Notes under the pieces: generated by a model | Seen by the model: the letters and a program-made list of their open reading frames with translations, nothing else | Databases searched by the model: none | Told to the model about the DNA's origin: nothing | Part shown: piece by piece, positions 29,376 to 38,208 of the stretch | Position numbering within the stretch: position 1 is the first letter of the stretch | Layout of the letters: each line of letters begins with the position of its first letter | Source of the DNA: an uncultured virus (IMG/VR IMGVR_UViG_3300046499_000512) | Taxonomy: Duplodnaviria; Heunggongvirae; Uroviricota; Caudoviricetes | Virus record (IMG/VR): IMGVR_UViG_3300046499_000512 | Reading direction: 5' to 3' (one strand) | Length of the DNA: 64,000 nucleotides | Position numbers and translations under genes: made by a program

Positions 29376-29715
29376 GACTGCTAGCCTTTTGCTCACCCCC
29401 GGGTACTCGGGTTCCCGGGTCGAACGGCCCCTCTCGCGTATCCGTCGAGAGGGGTCGTTCCCGTTTCTCCCGGATCCGGGAAAGCCCGTGGTGGGATGGG
29501 GTTATGACGGACAAGGGCATGACGCACGGGCTGACGATCATTTACAGCGGGAGCAACCCGGATGTTCTGCTCTGGTTGCAGCGGATCCGGGCCCAGGCCT
29601 CTCATCCGCAGTACCAGGGTGACATTGTGGTCGGGACGCCGTTCCTGCTGAGTGACCCGGCGGAGGACTAAGTGTGCTAGGGTAGATACATCGCCCAACA
29701 GCAAGGGAGCCTTCC

Positions 29716-29985
29716 ATGCGTCGAATCAACACCAAGGCCGACCTGATCGACCTCGCCCGCGAGCTGGGAGTCAGCGGCGACTGGCACGAGAACGACGAGC
29801 AGGACGTCACCGCCACCATCCACGGCGTCAAGTTCGACAACGCCGGGCACTGGGGCCGCGAGTACGTCGCCGACGACGGCTACGACTACACGGAGCAGTA
29901 CGTCACCCTGTACAAGGAGCACGAGCCGGTCGCGGCGGTCAACCTGGCCACGCTGTTCGCCTGGGCCACCGGCCTGAAGGGCTAG
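29716..29985 (+). CDS. Hypothetical acidic protein
   Basis: AGGGAG RBS; motif at 29672. Confidence 0.7.
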   Translation: MRRINTKADLIDLARELGVSGDWHENDEQDVTATIHGVKFDNAGHWGREYVADDGYDYTEQYVTLYKEHEPVAAVNLATLFAWATGLKG

Positions 29986-29994
29986 GAGGTAGCC

Positions 29995-30138
29995 GTGCAA
30001 CCGTGTCCCCGTTGCGGGTCCGCCAACGTCAAGCCGTACACCGCCAAGCCTCCCCGGAAGCATGACGGGCCCTGTACGGAGGAATGCCAGGTTCACGGGC
30101 GGCTGTGCCTTAACTGCCGCCTCTTCTCCCCCGGCTGA
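29995..30138 (+). CDS. 47-aa Zn-finger microprotein
   Basis: Hand translation MQPCPRCGS..HDGPCTEECQVHGRLCLNCR; AGGAGG RBS. Confidence 0.55.
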   Translation: MQPCPRCGSANVKPYTAKPPRKHDGPCTEECQVHGRLCLNCRLFSPG

Positions 30139-30264
30139 TAGGCTCCCCCTCACGTTCCCGGGGGGATTTGGGGCCCGGGAGCGTACTGACGGCACCTTTC
30201 CTGATTGGATCTCAGGAGAGGTGCCGTCTTGTTGTATCCCCTGACAATCTGTTAGGGTAGATAC

Positions 30265-30801
30265 ATGAAGCCTAAGAAGCCGTACCACCCCACAAAACAG
30301 CGCCCCCACCCGTGGTGCGGAACACTCCACCTGCTCGGGGCCCTCAATGGCCTCATCGTCATCGCCGACACCATGTACTACGCCCCCTGGAGCGGCCTGA
30401 TCTTCTTCGTTCTCATGATGATCATCGGCTGGCACACCGTCCGGGCCGCCTGGAAGGGCAAATCCCTCACCGACCTCGCCATCGAAGACGCCGCCTCCCA
30501 GGGCTCCGGCTCCGCCGGAAACATGAGCAGCCGTCACCTGATCGTCCGCCCCGTCTGGGCCAACCTCGCCATCGGAATGGACCTCCTGCAAGTCCTCGCA
30601 GGCAGCACCATCGCCTGGCACGTCATCACCAAGCCCGGCAGCGGCGACTACAGCGTCCCCGCAGCCGACATCACCGGAATCCTCGTGATCGGGCTCTCCT
30701 GCACCTTCATTTGGTTCTGGCAGTACGCCCACCGCAAGGCCACCGAGCCCGCCAAGCCCCTGCGCCTGTTCGTCCGCGTCCCGGTCAAGGGCGGGGCCTG
30801 A
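30265..30801 (+). CDS. Multi-TM membrane protein, leaderless
   Basis: About four hydrophobic segments; ATG at the motif +1. Confidence 0.7.
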   Translation: MKPKKPYHPTKQRPHPWCGTLHLLGALNGLIVIADTMYYAPWSGLIFFVLMMIIGWHTVRAAWKGKSLTDLAIEDAASQGSGSAGNMSSRHLIVRPVWANLAIGMDLLQVLAGSTIAWHVITKPGSGDYSVPAADITGILVIGLSCTFIWFWQYAHRKATEPAKPLRLFVRVPVKGGA

Positions 30802-31333
30802 TGGACCCGAACACCCTCATCCTGATCAGCAGCCTGGCCGGGATGATCGGTGCCCTCGCCTGGGCCATCGTCCCGAAGATGTACCGGAGGTACCGGGAGG
30901 ACCGCGAATTCTCCCGGATCTACCAGGCCTTCACCCTGCGCCTGGAGAGCGGCGAGACCGTCACCGAGGAGGACTGGGCAGCTTTCCGGGCACAATTGCA
31001 GCAGTACCTGTCGTGATGGCAACCTGGCTGTGGGAGAACGTTTTCCCGTACACCTTCTGGGCCAGCCTTCTCCGGCCCGGCAACTGGACCGACACGAAGG
31101 GGAGTTGAGTCGTGTTTCTCAGTGAAGACGCGGTATGGGTACTCGTCTGGGTCGCGTTCGGGATCGCCGTGGTCAGCGTCGGACTCGCCGTCAGCGCGGT
31201 CCGCCGGAAGCGGTAGACTCTGCCTACGAACCGCCCCTCTCGGTGCTCATCCGCCGGGAGGGGCGGTTTTCGTTTGCCCTCGGATGTGCTAGGGTAGATA
31301 CATCGCAAGCCGCTACCTGCCCAGGAGTGCACC

Positions 31334-31651
31334 ATGAGCCCGACCTTCGTACGCGTCGTCGTCAAGATCGCCAACGCCGACAAAGAAGCCGAACGCGTCA
31401 CCTTCGACTACAACTCCCACGGCCTCGACCTCCGGATCACCGACATCATCTGCTTCGGAGACATCCACCTCCAGGTCAAGGAACGCCGCGTACACGTACC
31501 CCCCACCGACGACGCACCCCTGATCGTCCTGCACACAGGAGTAACCGACCGGCGCCCCCAGGACCGGCTGTACGCCCCCGAACTCGTCGCCGCCCTCAAG
31601 ACGTTCCCTGCCGTCAAGGCGATCGTCCGAGGCACGTACGCCCAGCACTGA
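31334..31651 (+). CDS. Hypothetical protein
   Basis: AGGAG RBS; motif at 31285. Confidence 0.65.
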   Translation: MSPTFVRVVVKIANADKEAERVTFDYNSHGLDLRITDIICFGDIHLQVKERRVHVPPTDDAPLIVLHTGVTDRRPQDRLYAPELVAALKTFPAVKAIVRGTYAQH

Positions 31652-31684
31652 CCAGTCAACCCGAAGCAACCCGAGGAGCCCGAC

Positions 31685-32035
31685 ATGCCGATCATTGCCG
31701 TCCAGGTCAACACCCTCAAGGACCCGAAGCGCCAGCAGGCCAACTTCCGCGCCACCCTCCTCAAGGCGGGCATCCCGGAGTACTCCTACAAGGAGAAGCG
31801 CGCCGGATTCGAGGTCTGGCACGCCGAGGACAACGAGGGCGAAACCAAGATCATCTGGCACACCTTCACCGAGGACAGTGAGCTGAGTACAGCCCAGGAA
31901 CGCGCCGGACTGAAGGCATGCGCGAACATCCTCATGGATAACTACTGGGTCCAGATGTACCGTCCGGACAGTCAATCCCTCCGTTACGGCCGGATGCACC
32001 TCCGCGTCCTTCTCAGCCTGTCCTGGCTGAAGTAG
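31685..32035 (+). CDS. Hypothetical protein, distant member of the GF.V paralog family
   Basis: GAGGAG RBS; L.KAG..AGFEV. Confidence 0.6.
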   Translation: MPIIAVQVNTLKDPKRQQANFRATLLKAGIPEYSYKEKRAGFEVWHAEDNEGETKIIWHTFTEDSELSTAQERAGLKACANILMDNYWVQMYRPDSQSLRYGRMHLRVLLSLSWLK

Positions 32036-32050
32036 TGCTAGGGTGAGGCC

Positions 32051-32157
32051 CTCTCTGGCTGACCCTAGAGAGCGGCCCCCCTGAACAGGGGCCACCCGGA
32101 CGGCGTGAAAACTGTCCCAGAACCCTCCCCTCAAGCCGGACGAGAGGGGAGGGTTTT
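32051..32157 (+). ncRNA. Candidate structured sRNA
   Basis: TGCTAGGGT at 32036-32044, three short hairpins, then terminator AACCCTCCCCTC..GAGGGGAGGGTTTT; no ORF. Confidence 0.45.
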
Positions 32158-32173
32158 CTGTTAGGGTAGATCC

Positions 32174-32320
32174 CGGTCGCCCCCGCAACGGGACGTGCTC
32201 TCTTCTCCTGAAGGCTCCAACCGCAGGGTAGAGGTTGTCGGATTACGCAGTAGTGGCCCAACCGTTGGCGCGGCGGTCACAGAAACGCCCCTCCCGCTCA
32301 TCACCCGGGAGGGGCGTTTT
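32174..32320 (+). ncRNA. Candidate sRNA under the motif promoter
   Basis: TGTTAGGGTAGAT at 32159; terminator AAACGCCCCTCCCG..CGGGAGGGGCGTTTT at 32283-32320; no contained ORF with RBS. Confidence 0.5.
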
Positions 32321-32372
32321 TGCGTGTTCCCTCTCGGAAGCAGGAGAGAAGACGCAACCCCCTGGCGCAGTG

Positions 32373-32570
32373 TCAGCCCTTGTCGTCCGCCGGGTGCTTC
32401 CCCAGACACGACAGGATCAACGGCTTCCGGTCCTCACCCGTGACCATGACAACCGCCCCCACACCAAAGCACCCCCGACAGGACGTTTCCTGTCGGGGGT
32501 GCTTTTTCAACCGGTCCCACGCATCCACCAATGCGGCGTAGCGCGGGTCTGTCCACGTCGTACCGTCCAC
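32373..32570 (-). CDS. Small Cys-containing protein
   Basis: GGGAGG plus GTG at 32570; CRGC.G. Confidence 0.5.
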   Translation of the reverse strand: MDGTTWTDPRYAALVDAWDRLKKHPRQETSCRGCFGVGAVVMVTGEDRKPLILSCLGKHPADDKG

Positions 32571-32635
32571 GGAGCCTCCCTTGCCGGACACCCAGTGTAG
32601 GGAACCCGCAGCAGAGAGCAACGCGAAACCGCAGA

Positions 32636-33127
32636 TCACACAGCCAAGAGATCCCCACCAGAGATCACGCCCGGGTTGACGCAACTGTTGCACTCCACGT
32701 TGCACTCCGTGTGGCAGCTCAGCCCCTCCGGCGTCAGCCACTTGTCATCGACCGGCTGGTAACCCGCCTCCCGGATGAACTGCATGCTCTCCAGGATGGT
32801 GACCTCCTCACGGCGCGGAGTCGACGGACCCTCCGGGACGTGGTGGACGAACCGACCCAGTTTCCGGCCCAGCTTGAGGTAGGTCACCGTCGTCAGGATC
32901 AGCGCGTGCCAGCCCGCATCCGCCCAACGCGACGGCCGCAGCTTCGGGTTCGCCGGATGCTTCGCCGCCGTCGCCACGAACTTCAGCGCCTCATCCACAC
33001 ATCCCAGGGCGAACTCCGGATCGGTGATCTCCGGGTTGTCCCGCATCACCAGCGCGGTCAGACCTTCCGCCTCCTCAGCAGTGATCAGATCGAGCGCCGT
33101 CGTCTTCAGGCCAGGGGTTTCGGACAT
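32636..33127 (-). CDS. Glycine-rich-domain (GRDP/DUF1399-like) protein
   Basis: PS..AD.GWHALIL.T..Y..L....G.FVHHVP; AGGAGG plus ATG at 33127. Confidence 0.65.
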   Translation of the reverse strand: MSETPGLKTTALDLITAEEAEGLTALVMRDNPEITDPEFALGCVDEALKFVATAAKHPANPKLRPSRWADAGWHALILTTVTYLKLGRKLGRFVHHVPEGPSTPRREEVTILESMQFIREAGYQPVDDKWLTPEGLSCHTECNVECNSCVNPGVISGGDLLAV

Positions 33128-33268
33128 GACAGAGTCCTCCTGTAGTACTGGGCGATTGAGTGCGGAGCGAAATGCCCCGGGTATGACCCTAAGACATATG
33201 ACAGTCATCCGGGGCGAGTTGAGGAAAAAGTGGACAGTCCTCCGCTTATCCGATCTGACAGGGCGTCA

Positions 33269-33306
33269 ACTACTAGTTTGGTAACTACTAGTAGGTAACT
33301 AGTAGT
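33269..33306. promoter_or_regulatory. AT-rich palindromic site upstream of the recombinase (lox/res-like or operator)
   Basis: ACTACTAGTT (33269-78) / AACTAGTAGT (33297-306) perfect inverted repeat with inner palindrome CTACTAGTAG (33285-94). Confidence 0.55.
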
Positions 33307-33401
33307 CCGGGATTCAAGTAGTGGGCCACTCCCCCAAATCCGGTTACCCGTGAGTCAGTTGACATACTATTCGAGTACGCCACCTAACCCCGGAGACCCG
33401 A

Positions 33402-34442
33402 GTGGAACACCTGCCCGACGTACGTTCGTTCGATTCTTCGCCTGAAACGATCCTCCGCTCCGAGCAGGTTCGCCACCCGGCGCAGGACTTGTACGACCAA
33501 CTGTCCCCGGATGCCATCGCCTACCTCTTCGGCGCGGTCCCCGAGGAGACCCGGAACGCCTACGCGCGGGAGTGGTGCCACTTCGTCGCCTGGTGTGCGG
33601 CGCTGCAACGAGACCCGCTTCCAGCCTCTGAAGCAGACCTTGTTAACTGGGTGATGCAGCGCGTAAAAGACGGCGGCGGAGTCACCGCCATCGCCCAGGG
33701 GATCTCCGCTGTGCGCTGGGTCCACAAGCAGTACGGGTACGAGGAACAGCCCCCCTCCAAGAAGGCGTGGATCATCCAGCGCCGGTACCGACAGGAACGC
33801 ATCGACGCCGGATGGCGGCCTACCAAGTCCGCAACGGTCACCGTGGAGGAGTTCCGGCGCATGGTCGCGACCCTGCCCGACAACACCCCCTCCGGCATCC
33901 GGGACCGGGCCATCCTCGCCGTCGGTCTCTCCGGGTTCTTCCGGCGGATCAACATCCTCCGACTGGACGTCGGGGACGCCGTACTCACCGAGCGCGGGGA
34001 TTACCACCTGTATGTGACCCGCTCCAAGACGGACCAGACAGCCACAGGGCGCACGCGCGTTATTCCGCCGGGCAGTGACCCGCTGTCCGACCCCGTAGGC
34101 CTGCTAACGGCCTGGCTAGACGTTCTGGAGGAGCAGGACATCCACAGCGGCCCGTTGTTCCGAGCAGTGTCCAAGTCCGGGCGCGTACTGGATCGTCGTC
34201 TCAACCGGGACTGGGTCCGGGTCACGGTCAAGAGATCCGCCGCAAAGGCAGGGCTCAAGTCGCTGAAGAACCGCCCTTACCGCGCGCACTCGCTGCGATC
34301 CTCCGGGGTCACCGTTGCCCGGCGCGCGGGCAGGCCCTGGGACCTGATCAAAGAGCAAGGCGACTGGTCGGAGAACTCCACCGCTGTCTTCGGCTACGAG
34401 CAGCCCGAGGAGCAGGACAACGCCATGCGAGGAGTGCTGTGA
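33402..34442 (+). CDS. Cre-like tyrosine recombinase
   Basis: T..AY...W..F..WC SAM-like domain; RDRAIL..G....RR; SKTDQ; GPLFR; HSLR; GDW; FGY. Confidence 0.9.
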   Translation: MEHLPDVRSFDSSPETILRSEQVRHPAQDLYDQLSPDAIAYLFGAVPEETRNAYAREWCHFVAWCAALQRDPLPASEADLVNWVMQRVKDGGGVTAIAQGISAVRWVHKQYGYEEQPPSKKAWIIQRRYRQERIDAGWRPTKSATVTVEEFRRMVATLPDNTPSGIRDRAILAVGLSGFFRRINILRLDVGDAVLTERGDYHLYVTRSKTDQTATGRTRVIPPGSDPLSDPVGLLTAWLDVLEEQDIHSGPLFRAVSKSGRVLDRRLNRDWVRVTVKRSAAKAGLKSLKNRPYRAHSLRSSGVTVARRAGRPWDLIKEQGDWSENSTAVFGYEQPEEQDNAMRGVL

Positions 34443-35200
34443 GCAAGCGCGTGTACACCGAGGAAGCCCGCAGGCAGGCCCTCGCCTACCTCCGGGGAGA
34501 CCGGTGGGGCGAATCCGTCGACACCCAGCGGAAACTGATCACCCGCCACGCCGACCTGTGCGGCCTCACGATCATGAACTGGTACCTGGACAACGCCGAA
34601 CCCGGTTACGACCGGCTGGAGTGGGACGACGCCACCGACGTCCTCCGCAAGGGGCCCGTGTACCGGCTCCTGTACACCTCATTGGACCGCCTCGGGGACC
34701 GCGCGCTGGACTTGATCACGCTGGCCGAGACGGCGGAGTCCGAGGGATGGTTCATGGAAGGCCTGGACGGCACCTCCTCCGGCCCTACTCCGCATGAGCG
34801 GGCCACCTTCTCTTTGTATGCCGTCCAGGTGGAGTTGGCGGTGAATCTGCGGGCGGAAGGGCGGCATTCCCTGCGGTTCTCCGATGAGGAGATGAAGGCG
34901 CTCTGTCTCGTGCTCCGGGCGGCTCGTGGTCGTGCGGATGCTCCGACGGTGGATGCGTTTTTGGGTCGGTTCGATACCGGTCATACGGGGGTGATCCCCG
35001 GCTACTTCGACCGGCGGAAGCTGATTCCGGTGGGTGAGGTGGTGGAGCGGTACAAGGCCGGGGAGTCCGTGGTCGCGATCACACAGGACTTGCGGGCGCG
35101 CGGGATCACCGTTTCCCAGAGTCTGGTGAGCACGACTTTGAAGGACGCGGGGGTGGTGATGCGTCGGGGTAGGGCGGCTCAGAAGGGTGAGGGTTCGTGA
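34439..35200 (+). CDS. Serine resolvase-like domain lacking the catalytic Ser, plus C-terminal HTH
   Basis: ALAYLRGD (cf. Y.RVS), TQR..I..A..G....D..R, SLDRLG..D; coupled to the recombinase by GTGA. Confidence 0.7.
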   Translation: MSKRVYTEEARRQALAYLRGDRWGESVDTQRKLITRHADLCGLTIMNWYLDNAEPGYDRLEWDDATDVLRKGPVYRLLYTSLDRLGDRALDLITLAETAESEGWFMEGLDGTSSGPTPHERATFSLYAVQVELAVNLRAEGRHSLRFSDEEMKALCLVLRAARGRADAPTVDAFLGRFDTGHTGVIPGYFDRRKLIPVGEVVERYKAGESVVAITQDLRARGITVSQSLVSTTLKDAGVVMRRGRAAQKGEGS

Positions 35201-35233
35201 CTACAAGTCGACATCATGTGCTAGGGTAGATAC

Positions 35234-35620
35234 ATGACTGAAGACGAGTACACCGAGCTGATCAAGGACCGCAACCAGGAACCCCGCGTCTACGTCAGCG
35301 ACTTCGACGGCCACGACCGCACCCTCCTGTACGGCTACACCCGCGACCGGACCTCCTTTCACGTCTACCTGTGGGAAGGCCAGATCTGGCGGGTGGAGTA
35401 CCACGCGACGTCTCTGCAACTGCTGTTCCACGCAGTGGCCGACAGCTTCCGGGCCGTGGACCTGATCCCGGACAGGCGGGTTTACCCGGAGGCGACGGAC
35501 TTTCAGATGGCCCAGCGTCTCCAGGCCCTCGGCGTTCAGGTCCCCTACAAGCCGTTCGACGTGGAGCGGTGGGAGTACTACCAGAAGGCGCTGCCCTTCG
35601 TGGGGAAGCGCGTCGGCTAG
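35234..35620 (+). CDS. Hypothetical protein, leaderless
   Basis: DRTLLYGYT..R..FHVY, P.RRVYPEA.DF; ATG at the motif +1. Confidence 0.75.
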   Translation: MTEDEYTELIKDRNQEPRVYVSDFDGHDRTLLYGYTRDRTSFHVYLWEGQIWRVEYHATSLQLLFHAVADSFRAVDLIPDRRVYPEATDFQMAQRLQALGVQVPYKPFDVERWEYYQKALPFVGKRVG

Positions 35621-35697
35621 CGGGCTGACGGGAGGCCCGCCGTATCTCCGGATGCGGCGGGCCTTTCTCATTCCCCCGAGTGTGCTAGGGTAGATAC

Positions 35698-35931
35698 ATG
35701 ACTGCTGATGAGAACCCCGCCTCCCTGCTCCTTGACGACCCCATCCTGCGCTTCGAACTCAAGCGCAGCGAACTCGCCGCCCTGATCGGCCGCCTCGTGC
35801 CTCGGGAAACCTGGATGGGCAGCCAGGCCCAGCGCGTCATGGTGGAAACCTTCGGAGACGCCGCCATCGCCTCCCAGGTCGCCGACCAGATCACCGAGTC
35901 CCTGATCCGCATCCACGACGGGAACCTGTAA
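35698..35931 (+). CDS. Hypothetical protein, leaderless
   Basis: ATG at the motif +1; TAATG coupling to the next gene. Confidence 0.65.
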   Translation: MTADENPASLLLDDPILRFELKRSELAALIGRLVPRETWMGSQAQRVMVETFGDAAIASQVADQITESLIRIHDGNL

Positions 35932-37058
35932 TGGCGAACAAGACCGCCCGCGCCTCCGAAGCCCACCGGGCCGCCATGGCGCACGTCGAACACCTCACCG
36001 AACTCACCAAGGAGATGCGGGCCTTCCCGCCGCTCGCCCGGAAGGTCGATTCCGCGATGCGGGGCATCCTCCCCGGCTGGACCCAGGCCGAACGTGAACA
36101 GCTCAACCCGAACGAGATGGTGCGCCTGGGAGACCTGATCGGGGACTGCGCCGTCTCCGAGCTGTGGAAGCGGAACGGACGGGTCGTCTACGACCTGCAC
36201 CCGGAACTCGCGGATGCCCTGTACCGGTCCAAGATGACCGCCGTCCCCGGGTCCCTGTTCGAGCGGATTCCCCACATCAACCCCATGGTCGTTCTGCCTG
36301 ACCCGTGGCCCGCCGGGAAAGGCCGGGGCGGGTTCGCCGAGGGCTACGTGAGAGCCATCTACATCACCGGCTACTCCGGGGCCTCGGTCTGCAACAGCAA
36401 CGACCCGACCCGCGACGGCATCGCCCTGATGTTCTGCTACGACACCGTGGACGAAGAGACCGGCGAGATGGTCCCCGGGCAACACAGGGACCTGATCCCC
36501 CTGCCGACCGGGAAGGCCAAGTTCACCGCGAGGGACGTCATCGAGTTCGCCGAGAGCTGGCAGGGCGGCACCATGGCCGACCCCGGTTTCGAGTCGGCGG
36601 TGAAGACGTTCCGGCCGATCCTCCAGAAGGCCTTCGCGGTCCTCACCTACCTGTGCACGGACAACCGGGACGTCCCGCCGGACCCTGCCTGGGAGCAGCA
36701 GAGCCGTAAGAAGTCCGGCCGGGGCCGCAAGGAGCCGGATCCGTTCTGGGTGCAGGTCGGTTGGTTCGTCGGTCCGCAGCTCCACACGGCCCGTCAGAGG
36801 GCCCAGAATCTGCGTCCCGGTATCTCCGTCCCGTCGGGTGCGGAGTACGGCCCACAGCACCGCGCAGGCCACTTCAAGACGGTGTGGATCGGTCCGGGCA
36901 AGTCGGGCCAGCGGACGCAGTCCACGACGACCTGGGTTGAGCCGTACTGGACGAAGCTGGAAGACCTGCCGGAGGGGCAGGACCCGGCGACGCAGATCGT
37001 GCCGGTGGATCCGCAGCGCGGGGACCCGTTCCGGCGCCGGAACACGGTCGGGAAGTAA
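35931..37058 (+). CDS. AcrVA2/FinQ-like family protein, paralog 2
   Basis: VVYDLHPELADAL..LFERIPHINPMV; LTYLCT; PQHRAGHFKTVWIGPG..WVEPYW. Confidence 0.6.
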   Translation: MANKTARASEAHRAAMAHVEHLTELTKEMRAFPPLARKVDSAMRGILPGWTQAEREQLNPNEMVRLGDLIGDCAVSELWKRNGRVVYDLHPELADALYRSKMTAVPGSLFERIPHINPMVVLPDPWPAGKGRGGFAEGYVRAIYITGYSGASVCNSNDPTRDGIALMFCYDTVDEETGEMVPGQHRDLIPLPTGKAKFTARDVIEFAESWQGGTMADPGFESAVKTFRPILQKAFAVLTYLCTDNRDVPPDPAWEQQSRKKSGRGRKEPDPFWVQVGWFVGPQLHTARQRAQNLRPGISVPSGAEYGPQHRAGHFKTVWIGPGKSGQRTQSTTTWVEPYWTKLEDLPEGQDPATQIVPVDPQRGDPFRRRNTVGK

Positions 37059-37162
37059 TACAGGACTGGATGGCCCGTCTCCCTTATGGGGGCGGGCCAT
37101 TGGTGTATCCGGGCGCAATTGGCTAGGGTAGATACTCCACCCCTGTCGACACGGAGATTTGC

Positions 37163-38146
37163 ATGAAGATCACCCTCTCGGGCCGCCGGGCTCACATCCT
37201 CTCGAAACTCACCTTCCTCTCCATCGTGATCTGTACGTTCATCGGGGATATCGAAGACCGGCACTGGGCCCTCAAGACCGCGTACTGGGTCCTGAACGCC
37301 GCGACGGCGATCCTGGTGCTCATCGCATGGGAACACGCCTTCCGCTCGGCACCGTGCAGTGCATGCAGCACCAAACCCCGCCCCCGCTGGATCACCGCCC
37401 CCGTGACCCTGTTCAGCCGGTACGCGGGTTTCCCGCTCGTAGCAGCGGGGGTGCTGGTCTGCCTGATCGGCCCGTTCTTCACCGACATGGCGGCCAGTCG
37501 CAACGACACAGAGTTCAACTGGGGTTACCAGGCGAGCATGGACACCGGGGCGGCGGTTCTCCTCCTGTTCCTGGCCGCTGTCCGTTTCGACCGTGCCCGG
37601 AACCCGGGCGCGCCGCGAACGGCCTCGTTCACCCACGTGATCCGGGAGCGGGGGCAGAAGCTGATGCACAAGGCGCACTGGCTGTATCTCGGGGCCAGCG
37701 GCCCGGTGCTTGTCGCGTTCTTCCTCCCGAAGCACGGCATCTGGTCCTCCATCGGCTTCGGCTGTCTGGTCCTGCTGTTCACGGCGGGCTACATCGACCA
37801 GCAGCACGGCCGGGGGCTGTGCGAGGAGTGCGTCACCGAGTTCCGTACGGACGCTGCGGAGTACGCCGAGGCGCGGCGCTGGAGGTTCACGGTGCTGCAC
37901 AAGAGCAACTGGATCTTCCTGTTGGTGATGGGGGCCATCGCGGTGTCGTACGTGGTACCGCAGCCGTGGCGTTCGGTGGCACTGGGAGTCAGCGTGGTCA
38001 CGGGCGGGGTGATGACGCTCTTCAGCCGTTTCCATGCCTCGTATCAGCCGTGGTGCCCGTACTGCCGGGGCGGAGGCAAGGGCTCGGATGAGAAGGCCCC
38101 GGAGCCGGTCCCGGATCCGTCGTCCAACCAGCCTGTTCCTGCCTGA
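37163..38146 (+). CDS. Multi-TM membrane protein with H..CxxC motifs
   Basis: About eight hydrophobic segments; EH..PCSAC, QH..LCEEC, FH..QPWCPYC; motif at 37121. Confidence 0.7.
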   Translation: MKITLSGRRAHILSKLTFLSIVICTFIGDIEDRHWALKTAYWVLNAATAILVLIAWEHAFRSAPCSACSTKPRPRWITAPVTLFSRYAGFPLVAAGVLVCLIGPFFTDMAASRNDTEFNWGYQASMDTGAAVLLLFLAAVRFDRARNPGAPRTASFTHVIRERGQKLMHKAHWLYLGASGPVLVAFFLPKHGIWSSIGFGCLVLLFTAGYIDQQHGRGLCEECVTEFRTDAAEYAEARRWRFTVLHKSNWIFLLVMGAIAVSYVVPQPWRSVALGVSVVTGGVMTLFSRFHASYQPWCPYCRGGGKGSDEKAPEPVPDPSSNQPVPA

Positions 38147-38208
38147 TCCTGACGTCTCGTTGCCCCGGTCGCTTCCCTGCGGCCGGGGCAACGTGCTAGG
38201 GTAGATAC

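Noticed and set aside
32176..32197. GTCGCCCCCGCAACGGGACGTG as a solitary type I-C CRISPR repeat (Racr)
   Set aside because: It resembles the 5' part, but the stem is imperfect and the 3' handle (ATTGAAAC-type) is missing; too weak without a search against host repeats.
35217..35236. GGGTAG within the motif as a SigB/SigF-type -10
   Set aside because: It would leave only 4 nt before the leaderless ATG, and variants TAGAGT, TAGTGT, TAAGGT and TAGGAT keep TANNNT but break GGGTA. Not excluded as a secondary use.
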